The notes: generated by a model not told the origin, from the sequence alone. Positions 8,970 through 19,116 are shown, numbered from the stretch's first letter. The stretch: DNA of 64,000 nucleotides from Polyangiales bacterium (GCA_044229975.1 JBGARZ010000025.1:1-64000); one strand, 5' to 3'. A program made the numbers and translations.

Positions 8970-10925
8970 TTGAGCACCGCCAAGAAGAAGGCCGAAGAAA
9001 CCAAGGAAGCCGAGCTGCGGATGAGCAGCGCGATGCTGGGCGCCGGGCCAGGGGCCCTCCTCGATCTGCCCGATACCTCCGTCATGGTCGCGGGTCTCGA
9101 TGTCTGGGGAAACCCGCTCATTCGACGGCCATTCGGTCCCCAGTGGGAGGAGGTGAAGGATGCTCGCCTCCAGGGGTACGTCAGTCGCAGTCTCGGCGCG
9201 ACGGAGCCTGTGCGGCTCTTCCATCCAGCACCTGCCGAGGACGAGGACGGCGAGCCGTCACGCAACGGCATCCGGGCGTGGGAGTTTCCCGAGTGGTTCG
9301 TCACGCGCGACTACGTCGATCCGGAGCGCTCGGAGAGGGGACGGTCGCGTCCGCTCGTTCATCGCCGGGCGCTCACGAAGGGGAAGCTGGTGGTCGAGGA
9401 TCACCGGAGCGCGCCGCGTGCGAAGGGCGACGACAACAAGCCGAAGCTGGTGGTGCCCGTCCGCTTCGTGCGCGCGTGCATTCACGGTCACGTCGAGGAC
9501 CTCGACTGGCAGGGCTTCGCCCACCCCAACCGCGATCGTTGCGACATCCCGAAGTCGCTCCGCCTCGAAGAGCGGGGCACCAGCGGCGACCTCGCGGAGC
9601 TGTTCGTGGTGTGCGCGAACTGCAACACCGAGCAGTCGCTGGTTCGGGCGACGGAGTTCGACAAGACGAAGGGCTGCGGCGCTCTTGGATGGTGCCGCGG
9701 TCGCGAGCTGTGGAAGGGCCGAGGGGTTCGCGTCGAGTGCAAGACCGAGGGGAAGCCGACGCCCTCGCGACTCCTCGTCCGCTCGGCGACCAACGCATGG
9801 TTTCCCGCAGCGTTGAGTGCCATCACGCTCCCGTCACCCGACGTCGCGAAGAGTCCGCTGCGGATGATGGTCGACGCGTTGTGGGACGCGGCGCTCCAGT
9901 CGGTGACCGACCCGATGGAAGTGAAGTTCCTTCGAAAGAACCCCACCTACAAAGCCGACCTCGCGCCGTTCACTGACGACGAGGTCGCGGCCGAGTGCCT
10001 GAAGCGCGTCGCCGAAGAGGACGCCGCCAAGACCGCCGGGGAGAAGAAGAGCGGCGGCCCCAAGCTCGCCGAGCTCGACGCCTTCCTCTCGGTCGATGGG
10101 TTCACCGGCCTCGACGAGATGGGGAGCGTCTTCTTCGCCGAGTCCATTCCGGCTCCGCGTCGCAAGGGGCACGGGACGCGCGCCTTCTTCGACCGCGTGG
10201 TGCTGGTGCATCGCCTGCGCGAGGTGCGGGCACTTGTTGGATTCACCCGCTTCGAGGCCCCGCTCACCACCCCCGACGGCAGCCTCGACCTCGCGGTCTC
10301 TCCGGCCTCGCTCGCCGCCCACAAACAGTGGGTCCCGGCCGTCGAGAACCATGGGGAGGGGATCTTCCTGTCGCTCGACCCGACCCGCGTCCTCCAGTGG
10401 TCACGGACTGACTCCGTGCGGCCGCGCACCGAGCAGTTCCTGCGGGGGTTCGAGAAGTGGCGCACCGAGCGCGGCAACCCCAACGCCCCCTTTCTCGGGA
10501 TGCCGTACGTGCTCCTGCACTCGCTCTCGCATCTGCTCATCACTGCGATGGCGCTGGAGTGCGGCTACCCGTCGAGCGCGATCCGCGAGCGCATCTACGC
10601 GACCGGCGATCGCTTCGGCATCCTCCTCTACACCGCCAGCCCCGACGCGGAGGGCACCCTCGGTGGCCTCGTCGCCACGGGCCGCAGCCTCGAACGTCAT
10701 CTCCAGGAGGCGTTGGAGATCGGCCGCCTTTGCTCCAACGACCCCGTGTGCGCGGGGCATGACCCCGACAACGCCTCGGGAGAACTGACCCTCCAGGGCG
10801 CCGCCTGTCACGGTTGTCTCCTCATCTCGGAGTCGTCGTGCGAGCGGCAGAACAGCTGGCTCGACCGCGCGACGGTGGTGCCGACGGTGGCGCACCAGGG
10901 CGTCGCCTTCTTCGAGGGCTGGTGA
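8970..10925 (+). CDS. drmB: DISARM DrmB (DUF1998 helicase-associated protein)
   Basis: PVRFVRACIHGH, LLHSLSHLLI, IRERIY, CSNDPVC...AACHGCLLISESSCE Zn motif; directly after drmA. Confidence 0.9.
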   Translation: MSTAKKKAEETKEAELRMSSAMLGAGPGALLDLPDTSVMVAGLDVWGNPLIRRPFGPQWEEVKDARLQGYVSRSLGATEPVRLFHPAPAEDEDGEPSRNGIRAWEFPEWFVTRDYVDPERSERGRSRPLVHRRALTKGKLVVEDHRSAPRAKGDDNKPKLVVPVRFVRACIHGHVEDLDWQGFAHPNRDRCDIPKSLRLEERGTSGDLAELFVVCANCNTEQSLVRATEFDKTKGCGALGWCRGRELWKGRGVRVECKTEGKPTPSRLLVRSATNAWFPAALSAITLPSPDVAKSPLRMMVDALWDAALQSVTDPMEVKFLRKNPTYKADLAPFTDDEVAAECLKRVAEEDAAKTAGEKKSGGPKLAELDAFLSVDGFTGLDEMGSVFFAESIPAPRRKGHGTRAFFDRVVLVHRLREVRALVGFTRFEAPLTTPDGSLDLAVSPASLAAHKQWVPAVENHGEGIFLSLDPTRVLQWSRTDSVRPRTEQFLRGFEKWRTERGNPNAPFLGMPYVLLHSLSHLLITAMALECGYPSSAIRERIYATGDRFGILLYTASPDAEGTLGGLVATGRSLERHLQEALEIGRLCSNDPVCAGHDPDNASGELTLQGAACHGCLLISESSCERQNSWLDRATVVPTVAHQGVAFFEGW

Positions 10926-11722
10926 ACTCTTCGGTGGGCGCGCCCTCCGCGCTGGTCGCGAAGAACCTCGCCGAGCTCGCGCGGATGCTCGAAGCCGGCG
11001 CGGTCTCCCTGGAGAGCCCTCGCTTTGCGCTCCAGCAGCGCGGCTTTCCGGCGGCCGCAGTGGAGGCTGCCGCGGTATGGTTCGGTACGCTCCGCGCCGA
11101 CGGTTGGAGCGCCCCGCAGGTCGCTCGTCTGGTGGCGGCGCTGGCGGAGGAGCGGGCGCGCGTCGAGCGAGCGCGCGACGACATCGAGCTGGTGTGGACG
11201 GGCCCGGAGGCGCACTCGGCGGAGAACCGCGACTCGGCGCGGGTGCTGGAGGAGATGTTCGGGGCGGCGACGCGCTCGGTGCTGATGTGCGGCTACAACA
11301 TCCACCAGGGCGCCCACTTCGATGCGCTGGTGCAGGCGATCCACCGCCACCCGGGGTTGCGGGTGCGGTGCTTCACGCACGTGTTCACCCGCGACATGCC
11401 CTACGCAGCGGACGCGCTACAGGCCCACGACCAGAAGCTCCGTGCCCTCTTCGGGCCGACGGTTCGGCAGCGCATGGACTTCTACCGGCCGTCGAACGCC
11501 TTCGTTCAGGAGGCGATGGCGGGCCGCTTCAGCGTCCACGCGAAGTGCGTCGTGGTCGACGGGCGACGGCTCCTCGTGACCTCCGCCAACTTCTCGACGG
11601 CGGCCCAGGAGCGCAACATCGAGGTCGGCCTCGTCCTTGACGATCCGCGGTTGGCGGCCCAGCTCACGACCCTGTTCGACACCCTCGTGGTCCGCGGCGA
11701 CATGACGCGGCACGAGCCTTAG
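10922..11722 (+). CDS. drmC: DISARM DrmC phospholipase D-family nuclease
   Basis: ELVWTGP, HAKCVVVD (HxKxxxxD), TSANFS...NIEVG; GTG overlaps the drmB stop. Confidence 0.9.
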   Translation: MNSSVGAPSALVAKNLAELARMLEAGAVSLESPRFALQQRGFPAAAVEAAAVWFGTLRADGWSAPQVARLVAALAEERARVERARDDIELVWTGPEAHSAENRDSARVLEEMFGAATRSVLMCGYNIHQGAHFDALVQAIHRHPGLRVRCFTHVFTRDMPYAADALQAHDQKLRALFGPTVRQRMDFYRPSNAFVQEAMAGRFSVHAKCVVVDGRRLLVTSANFSTAAQERNIEVGLVLDDPRLAAQLTTLFDTLVVRGDMTRHEP

Positions 11723-11740
11723 CCGGAGAGCGCTTCCCCG

Positions 11741-14700
11741 ATGGCGACATTCACGATCCCGGAGGTAGGGGAGATGGTGCGGGTTCGCGCGAGACGACAC
11801 GTCGTCGAGCACGTCGCCCCGCCAGAGCCCGACCGGCCGAAGCCCCAGCACCTGGTCACCCTCGCGTGCATCGAGGACGACAGCGCCGGGGAGCGCTGCG
11901 ACGTGTTGTGGGAGGCGGAGCCCGACGCCCGGGTGCTCTCCGATCGCGACGGCTCCTTCGCCAGAGCGGGCCGCTTCGACCCGCCCGGTCGCTTCGCCGC
12001 CTGGTACTACAGCATCCGCTGGAACGCCCTCAGCGCCGCCGACCTGAACCGGGTGCAGAGCCCCTTCCGCGCTGGCATCTCCGTCGAGAGCTACCAGTTC
12101 GAGCCGCTCTTCAAGGCGCTCGCACAGCCCCGAGTGCGGCTCTTCATCGCCGACGACGTGGGCCTCGGCAAGACCATCGAGGCCGCCCTCATCGTCCGTG
12201 AGCTCATGCTGCGCCAACGCGTGCGCCGGGTCGTCGTCGCTGCCCCCGCCTCCGTACTCACCCAGTGGCGCGATGAGCTCGACACCCGCTTCGGTCTCAC
12301 CTTCGTCGTCATCGACCGCGAGTACCTCCGCGCCCGCCGTCGCGAGCGCGGTTGGCAGTTCAACCCCTGGAAGACCCATCCCCGCTTCATCATCTCCCAC
12401 GCCCTCCTGCGCGACCCGCACTACACGGCGCCTCTGCGCGAGCTCCTGCGCGAAGACCCCGCCGGGTCGATGCTCGTCCTCGACGAGGCTCACCACGCGG
12501 CCCCCGCGAGCGGCGGACGCACGGCGCACGACTCCGCGTTCACCCGCACGCTGCGTGACCTCGCGCCCCTCTTCGAGCACCGCATCTTCCTCTCGGCGAC
12601 CCCCCACAACGGGCACAGCGCCAGCTTCTCGGCGTTGATGGAGATCCTCGACCCCTCCCGCTTCCTGCGCGGCCTCCCCATCGACCGCAAGGCACGAGAG
12701 GCCGTGATGGTGCGCCGCCTCAAGTCCGAGTTGCGGCGCGTCGGCGTGGAGTTTCCCGAGCGAAAGGTGGAGCGCCTCGCGATCCGCGGTCTCCCCGACG
12801 ACGACCCCGACCTCGTGCTCGCGACGCTCCTCGACGAGTACTGCACGCTGCGAGAAGACGCGGCGGCCAACGAGTCCCGCGAGGTACAGCAGCTCACGTT
12901 CCTCTCCGTGACCACGCTCCGCAAGCGGCTGCTCTCGTCGGTTCGTGCCTTCGCCCGTACGCTCGCGGCGCACCGCGCGGGTCTCGAACGCAGGGCCGCG
13001 AAGCTCGCCGTAGTCCCGGCTCAGGTCGAGGCGCCCGGACCCGACGATGAGCGCGCGGGTGACGATCCGGACAGCATCGAGGAGGGCATGAGCGCGGCGC
13101 TCTCCGCAGTGTCGGCGCAGGTCCCGGCGGCCGCCGACCCTCGCCGGGCGATGGCTCTGCTCGACGAACTCACTCGCCTCGCCGCAGCGCACGAGCGCCG
13201 CCCCGACGCGCGGCTGCGCGCGCTCACCCGGTGGATCCGCGAGCAGCTCCTCACGGCGCCCCCGTCACCTGCGTGGAACCTTCGTCGGCTCATCATCTTC
13301 ACCGAGTACGTCGACACCCAGCGCTACCTCGCCGAACAGCTCGCCCTCGAATTTCGCGACGTGCACGATGGCATCCACTTCCATCTCCGACTCGCGACGC
13401 TCGACGGCCAGCCCGGCAACAGCGACGAGCGCGATGCTCTCAAGCGTCGCTTCAACGCCGACCCCGTGGGCGAGCCGCTGCGCATCCTCGTGTGCACCGA
13501 CGCCGCGCGGGAGGGCATCAACCTCCAGTCGCACTGCACCGACCTGTTCCACTTCGACCTGCCCTGGAACCCCTCCCGGCTCGAACAGCGCAACGGTCGC
13601 ATCGATCGCAAGGGGCAACCCGCGGCGGAGGTTCGCTGCCACTACTTCGTGCTGGAGCAGCGTCCCGAGGACAAGGTGTTGGAGGCCCTGGTGCGCAAGA
13701 CGGAGACCATCCGCCGCGAGCTCGGCTCTCTCGGTGATGTGCTCGTGGCGCGCACCGAAAACCTCCTCCAGAAGGGAATCTCTCGCCGTCACGCGGGCGC
13801 CACGGCGGAGCAGATCAAACAGCTCGCGCTCTTCGCCCCGAAGGTCGCGCCCGCGGCTGGCGAGGAGATCGTCGACGAGCTGCTCGAAGCCCCGTCCGTC
13901 GAGCGCATGAAAGCCGACCTCGGCGACGCCCCGGCGACCCAGGAGGAGCTTCAATCCACCAAGGTCACCAACGACAAGCTGCGCGCCGATGCCGAAGAAC
14001 TCATGGAGTTCAGCGAGGAGTCCTTCCGCCATGCGCTCGACGTCGCGCTGGCGCTCTCCCACGCGCCGCCGCTCGCCCACGACCCCCACAATGACAAGCA
14101 CTGGCACCTCGCGCCGCTCGACGGATCACCAGCGACTCTCCCGCTCCACGCGGGAGTCCGCACCGGGCACCGCATCGACCCCTCCTGGGCCGAGACCCTC
14201 GACGGGCTCCGTATTCCCTATGGGATGGAGCCCGGCCACGACGAGCGCCCTTACCCCGCGTCCGATCGCTGGACGTGGCGTCGTCGGAGTCGGTTGCGCC
14301 CGTTGCGGTTTCGAGCGTCGGCGGTCGCCAACGAGGAGACGGTGCACATGCACCTCGAACACCGCGTGGCGCAGCGGCTCCTCGGCCAGCTCTCCGCACA
14401 AACCTTCACCCGCGACGCCATGGCCCGCGCCACGGTTCTCGCGACCGAGCGCGGCACCGATCGGGTGGTGCTCCTCGGTCGCCTCGTCCTCTTCGGCCCG
14501 CGCGGGGCCCGGCTGCACGACGAGGTGCTCGCCCGCGCCGCGGAGTGGACGGGCGCCGCCAGCGAGGGGCGCGCGCGGCTTCGGGCGATGGGGAGCGACG
14601 CCACCAAGGTCGTCCTCAAGGACCTTCAGACGGCCCTTGCCCGTCCCTCCGACGAGGGGATCACGGACTTCCATCGCCAGCGCTTCCTGAAGTCGCTCCC

Positions 14701-15067
14701 CAACGACGTCGCCGAACTCCGTGATGCTCTCCGCCGGGACGCTCTCACTCGCAGCACGATCATCACCCAGCAGCTCCAGCGCCTCGGCATCGCCCGCGCC
14801 ACCGAGCTGCGCGCGTTGCTCACACGGCAGCAGGACGCCCTTCACACGAAGCTCGCCAACCCGAAGCAGCTGTCGCTCGTGGAGCAGAAGGGCTTCAGTG
14901 AGGCCGATCGCCGGGCGCTCAACAGCATCCTCGGCGGGTGGCGTCAGCGCGTGGAAGCCCTCAAGGCCGAGATCGTCACCGCGCCGCCCGCGGTCGAGGC
15001 CGAGTACGCCGTGCGACACACGCACTTCGAGCTGCTCGGGATCGTCTACCTCACCCGTGGCGGGTAG
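11741..15067 (+). CDS. drmD: DISARM DrmD SNF2-like helicase
   Basis: IADDVGLGKTIEA, DEAHH, SATPHNG, REGINLQ, WNPSRLEQRNGRIDR; in the DISARM cluster. Confidence 0.9.
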   Translation: MATFTIPEVGEMVRVRARRHVVEHVAPPEPDRPKPQHLVTLACIEDDSAGERCDVLWEAEPDARVLSDRDGSFARAGRFDPPGRFAAWYYSIRWNALSAADLNRVQSPFRAGISVESYQFEPLFKALAQPRVRLFIADDVGLGKTIEAALIVRELMLRQRVRRVVVAAPASVLTQWRDELDTRFGLTFVVIDREYLRARRRERGWQFNPWKTHPRFIISHALLRDPHYTAPLRELLREDPAGSMLVLDEAHHAAPASGGRTAHDSAFTRTLRDLAPLFEHRIFLSATPHNGHSASFSALMEILDPSRFLRGLPIDRKAREAVMVRRLKSELRRVGVEFPERKVERLAIRGLPDDDPDLVLATLLDEYCTLREDAAANESREVQQLTFLSVTTLRKRLLSSVRAFARTLAAHRAGLERRAAKLAVVPAQVEAPGPDDERAGDDPDSIEEGMSAALSAVSAQVPAAADPRRAMALLDELTRLAAAHERRPDARLRALTRWIREQLLTAPPSPAWNLRRLIIFTEYVDTQRYLAEQLALEFRDVHDGIHFHLRLATLDGQPGNSDERDALKRRFNADPVGEPLRILVCTDAAREGINLQSHCTDLFHFDLPWNPSRLEQRNGRIDRKGQPAAEVRCHYFVLEQRPEDKVLEALVRKTETIRRELGSLGDVLVARTENLLQKGISRRHAGATAEQIKQLALFAPKVAPAAGEEIVDELLEAPSVERMKADLGDAPATQEELQSTKVTNDKLRADAEELMEFSEESFRHALDVALALSHAPPLAHDPHNDKHWHLAPLDGSPATLPLHAGVRTGHRIDPSWAETLDGLRIPYGMEPGHDERPYPASDRWTWRRRSRLRPLRFRASAVANEETVHMHLEHRVAQRLLGQLSAQTFTRDAMARATVLATERGTDRVVLLGRLVLFGPRGARLHDEVLARAAEWTGAASEGRARLRAMGSDATKVVLKDLQTALARPSDEGITDFHRQRFLKSLPNDVAELRDALRRDALTRSTIITQQLQRLGIARATELRALLTRQQDALHTKLANPKQLSLVEQKGFSEADRRALNSILGGWRQRVEALKAEIVTAPPAVEAEYAVRHTHFELLGIVYLTRGG

Positions 15068-15119
15068 CAGCGCGTTGGTCGCGGGTCGGCCGTCGGGTCG
15101 GCCGTGATAGGTTGCGGCC

Positions 15120-16370
15120 ATGGCCCGGCTCACGGCGATCGAACTCACGCACTGGCGTTCGTTCAAGGGTACCCAACGACTCGAACTCCGTCCTCTCACC
15201 CTCCTCTTCGGCTGGAACAACACGGGCAAGAGCGCCCTACTTCGCGCGCTCCCAATCATCGCAGACTCCGTCCGCGACGAAGCGGTGACGCCGCTCAACC
15301 TCACCGGCTCCGCCGCGCGCGGCGCCACCTTCCGCGACGTGAGCTGGAGACGCAGCCGCAAGGGTCTCTCCGTCGCGCTGGAGTGGGAGGGCACCCCGAC
15401 GCCGCGCTACGAAGTCGACCTCATGCTCTACGACTCCGAGGGTGCCCCTCCACGCATCCTTGTCGAGCACTTCACCTGGCGCGATGAGAAGGGGGCGCTC
15501 ACGACCGGAAACTGGCTTCGCACCGAACCCGTGGGCTCCGAACTGACCTACCAGACGGGCGAATCGCCCCCGAACCGCTCCGCCATTCAGTTCGCAGGTC
15601 TGCGTCCGCGAACACGGGACAAGTCCCTCGCCGACACGCTCGCTGGCCTCGCTCCACGATTGGATTCGCTCGACACCGCGGTGCAGTGGATCGGGTCAGT
15701 GCGGGCCGCGCCGCTCGGGCCCGTTGCGGTTCCCGAGGGGACCCCGCGGCTCATCGCGCCCGACGGGTCGGACGTCGTGACGTTCCTCCAGTCGGAGCCG
15801 GGCGTGCTCCGCTCCGTCAACGAGTGGTTTCGAGAACACGCGGCGCGGGAGTTGGAGCTTCAGCAGATCGCGCCTGGCTTCGTGCAGCCCGCGTTTCGAC
15901 ACCTGGCCAGCACGCACGCGCAGCGCCTTGCCGACCACGGTGAAGGGCTGTTGCAGGTGCTCCCGGTGCTTACCGCGCTCGCCCGAGCCCGGCGCGAGGA
16001 AGCGGACCCGGCGGCGCCGCGCATCGTCGCCATCGAAGACCCGGAGTCGCACCTTCACCCCAGGCTTCAGCACGCGCTGGCGAACCACTTCGCTGGCGCT
16101 GCCATGATTGCGACGCCGCCCTCGGTGGTGTTGGAGACCCACTCCCAACATTTCCTCCTGGCCGTCCAACTGGCGGTGGCGCGCGGCGAACTCGACCCGT
16201 CCCGTGTGGCGATCTACTGGGTATCCCAGGACAGTGACGGCGTGAGCGATGCCGTCCAGATCAACGTCGAGCCGAACGGCGATCTCCGCGGCTGGCCTCC
16301 CGGGGTCTACGACGACGTCGTCGACATGGCGCGCGACCTCACCGCGCAGCGATGGGGCATCTCCCCGTGA
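15120..16370 (+). CDS. ABC/AAA_21-type ATPase with DUF3696-like C-terminus
   Basis: Walker A FGWNNTGKS, signature-like HGEGLLQVLP, Walker B/D-loop IEDPESHLHP, H-loop ETHS, C-terminal NGDLRGWPPGVYD. Confidence 0.85.
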   Translation: MARLTAIELTHWRSFKGTQRLELRPLTLLFGWNNTGKSALLRALPIIADSVRDEAVTPLNLTGSAARGATFRDVSWRRSRKGLSVALEWEGTPTPRYEVDLMLYDSEGAPPRILVEHFTWRDEKGALTTGNWLRTEPVGSELTYQTGESPPNRSAIQFAGLRPRTRDKSLADTLAGLAPRLDSLDTAVQWIGSVRAAPLGPVAVPEGTPRLIAPDGSDVVTFLQSEPGVLRSVNEWFREHAARELELQQIAPGFVQPAFRHLASTHAQRLADHGEGLLQVLPVLTALARARREEADPAAPRIVAIEDPESHLHPRLQHALANHFAGAAMIATPPSVVLETHSQHFLLAVQLAVARGELDPSRVAIYWVSQDSDGVSDAVQINVEPNGDLRGWPPGVYDDVVDMARDLTAQRWGISP

Positions 16371-17419
16371 TCTTCATCGTCCCAGCGGCGTTGTTGCGCG
16401 ATGACCTCCCGGAGCTGCCCGAGCTGCTGTCAATCGTGCGCCTCGGGTTTCATGGTCGCCACCGCGTGCTCACCGATCCTGCGTGGCGGGCCGAACCGTC
16501 CGCCCACCCGTTGCACTCGTGGTTGCGAACGCGTGCCGCGCCAGAAGCGCGGTGGCTTCGTGAGGCATTCGATGCGGCGCTCCGGTCGTCGCCACCACCA
16601 GAGCGAGTCGCCGTCCGCCTGACCGACGGCGCGACGTCGAGCTGGGCGACGTCACCGCCGACCCTCACCGTCGCCGACGCCTTCACGCTCGCGCACGCGC
16701 CGCTCCACCTCCTGCTGGAGGATTTCGAGGACGACGCCAGCCTCCTCTTCTGGGCTGGGCGCGCACTGGAAAGCCCATCCTGGGCTCGCATCGAGAGGGC
16801 TCGACGCAGCGGGTGGTTGGAGGTCGAGCACGCTGGCGGCAACGGCAGCATGCAGCGACGGGTCGACTCCCTCGACGTCGGTCGCGCCCTGCGCAGTTGG
16901 GCGATGTTCGATCACGATGGCCTGCAACCCGGCGACGACAACCGTAGCTCACAGGCGAAGCGCCTCGCCGAGAGCTGCGTCCGAAAAGGTATCGAGCAGC
17001 ACGGCCTCGCCCGACGCTCGATCGAGAATTACCTGCCGATCGATCTGCTCGATCGGTGGGCAAACGATCACTTCAAGGACGAAACCGAAGGCAGCGCGAC
17101 GCGACCAGAGACGCTCACCCGCCGACGCGCTCTCGTCGACGCATTCCGACGGATGACGCGCGAGCAGCGGCGCCACTACTACATGCGCGAGGGGCTACGG
17201 AAGGACGCCACGCGCGACGTGGGCCTGGACCCGGTGTTCTCGATGATCCCGTGGGAGGATCAGGCCGAGCTCGCATGCGGCTTCGATCAGTACGACCGCC
17301 GCGGCGTCTCGCGTCTGTTCGGCCACCCGCGCGCGCAGGTGAGGGCAGGGGTGCTCACCGCCGATGGTTCGGCGAGCGAGCTGCGCGCCATTCTTGACTC
17401 GATCGTGGCGAGGCTTTGA
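16367..17419 (+). CDS. hypothetical protein with TOPRIM-like (OLD-type) nuclease motifs
   Basis: GTG overlaps the ATPase stop; LLLEDFEDD, HAGG, MFDHD (DxD) and RRSIENYLP occur in OLD-TOPRIM order. Confidence 0.65.
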   Translation: MIFIVPAALLRDDLPELPELLSIVRLGFHGRHRVLTDPAWRAEPSAHPLHSWLRTRAAPEARWLREAFDAALRSSPPPERVAVRLTDGATSSWATSPPTLTVADAFTLAHAPLHLLLEDFEDDASLLFWAGRALESPSWARIERARRSGWLEVEHAGGNGSMQRRVDSLDVGRALRSWAMFDHDGLQPGDDNRSSQAKRLAESCVRKGIEQHGLARRSIENYLPIDLLDRWANDHFKDETEGSATRPETLTRRRALVDAFRRMTREQRRHYYMREGLRKDATRDVGLDPVFSMIPWEDQAELACGFDQYDRRGVSRLFGHPRAQVRAGVLTADGSASELRAILDSIVARL

Positions 17420-19116
17420 TGGGTGCTTCGAGAGAAGGAGCCGGGTCGAGCGTCCCGTATTACGTCCGCGAGCCGCAGGTTCAACGGTTGCCGACCCTGC
17501 TGACGGCGATCCGCGAGGGGGCGCTGCGCATCCCGGACTTCCAGCGCGCGTTCGTCTGGAAGGACTCGCAGCGCCTCAAACTGTTCGACAGCATCGTGCA
17601 GGGTTTTCCCATCGGGACAGTCCTGGTCTGGCGTACAGCGAACCCTGGTCAGGTCGGCACCATCGATCGGGTGGGGCCGCTCGTCCTTCCTCCACCTACG
17701 CCGCAATGGAACCAGGGAGGCGACCTCCTCATCGACGGCCAACAGCGGTTGACCACGCTCTACACGGCGTTGAGTCCGAATCCCCTCCCGGGTGGCGAGG
17801 ACTGGGACGACATGATCGGTCAAGCGACCCTCGTCTATGGCAGCGAGGAGGCGGCGCGAAAGTGGGGGGTCTACTTCGACGCGATCGAGAACGAGTTCTC
17901 CCTCGCTCCGCGTCACGGCCCTGTGCCCGCGCGCTACGTGCCGCTCTATCTGCTCCTCCGCAACATCCCGCTGTACCGGTTTCTCCCCACCCGCGAACGG
18001 ATACTCTCGCCACAACAGATCGAGCGCGTCGAAGAGCTGGCCTCTCGCTTCAAGGACTACGCCGTCCCCGTGGTGCCCGTGGTCACTGACGACATCGCCA
18101 CCGCGGTGCAGAGCTTCGAGCGCGTCAACACCCGCGCCACCAAGCTCACCCAGTTCGACATCGCCCACGCTCTCGGCCGACGCCAGAAGGTCAATCTCGC
18201 CGAGACCTTCCGTTCGATCCGCGAGCGGGTCGAGGCGACGGGGTGGGGCGAGATCGACGACAACTCCCTCGGCTACACCACCAAGCTCGCCGTCGGACTC
18301 CAGGCCTACTCGTACGGCGCCGTTCGCTTCGTCGAAGGGCTCGCACTGGCGAAGGACCTCCCCGACCGCGTCGGGACGGCCTTCGAGCGGGCGATCGGGT
18401 TTCTGCGCGCGTACTGCGGCGTCCATGGCGAGAAGGCCATCCCCTACAAGTTCCAGCTCGTGCTCCTCGCCGACCTCTTCAGACTCGATCAGGAGTCGCC
18501 CTACCCCGACATCGTGGTGGGCGCGACGCGCTGGTTCTGGATGACCACCTTCACCGAGCACTTCGCCAGTCAGCGGAAGATCAAGTCCACGAACGACGGC
18601 CTCCAAGCGCTCGCACGTGGCGACATCCCCGACCGAGTCGTTGATGATCTCCACCTCAACCCGATCAAGGATCTGGCGTTCAACCATGCGCGAGTGAAGG
18701 GGTTCCTTCTGTGGCTGGCGAAGACCTGCGATCCCCGAGGCGTGGACGGCTCCTCCTTGCGGATCCCGCATGAGCTCGGGGTGCGTGGCAACGCTGTGCT
18801 GCACCCGCTCGTCCCGCGATCGCAGCTCCCCGCGGACCTGCTTCGCCGAGCAGGCAACGTGCTTCTCTGCGCGCCCGAGGACGTCGACTCGCTGCGAGAC
18901 CGTCTCCTCACCCGGACGAGCGATTGCTCACCCGAGTGGCTGGAGAGTCACGCCGTCGGCCCGGTCGCCCGTGACCTCCTGATCCATCGCGATTACGTGG
19001 GTTTCGTCGAGGCACGACAGCACGAACTCGACCTACGAGAGCGCGCCTTCGTGCAGCCTCTCGGTCTTGAGTACACCAATGAGCCCATCGCTTCGAGCGA
19101 CGATGACGAGACCTAG
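17419..19116 (+). CDS. DUF262-domain protein (GmrSD/SspE-like)
   Basis: IPDFQRAFVW, DSIVQGFPIGTVLVW, LIDGQQRLTTL, FERVN; C-terminal HPLVP...GNVLL resembles a degenerate DUF1524/HNH; TGATG coupling to the upstream gene. Confidence 0.85.
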   Translation: MGASREGAGSSVPYYVREPQVQRLPTLLTAIREGALRIPDFQRAFVWKDSQRLKLFDSIVQGFPIGTVLVWRTANPGQVGTIDRVGPLVLPPPTPQWNQGGDLLIDGQQRLTTLYTALSPNPLPGGEDWDDMIGQATLVYGSEEAARKWGVYFDAIENEFSLAPRHGPVPARYVPLYLLLRNIPLYRFLPTRERILSPQQIERVEELASRFKDYAVPVVPVVTDDIATAVQSFERVNTRATKLTQFDIAHALGRRQKVNLAETFRSIRERVEATGWGEIDDNSLGYTTKLAVGLQAYSYGAVRFVEGLALAKDLPDRVGTAFERAIGFLRAYCGVHGEKAIPYKFQLVLLADLFRLDQESPYPDIVVGATRWFWMTTFTEHFASQRKIKSTNDGLQALARGDIPDRVVDDLHLNPIKDLAFNHARVKGFLLWLAKTCDPRGVDGSSLRIPHELGVRGNAVLHPLVPRSQLPADLLRRAGNVLLCAPEDVDSLRDRLLTRTSDCSPEWLESHAVGPVARDLLIHRDYVGFVEARQHELDLRERAFVQPLGLEYTNEPIASSDDDET

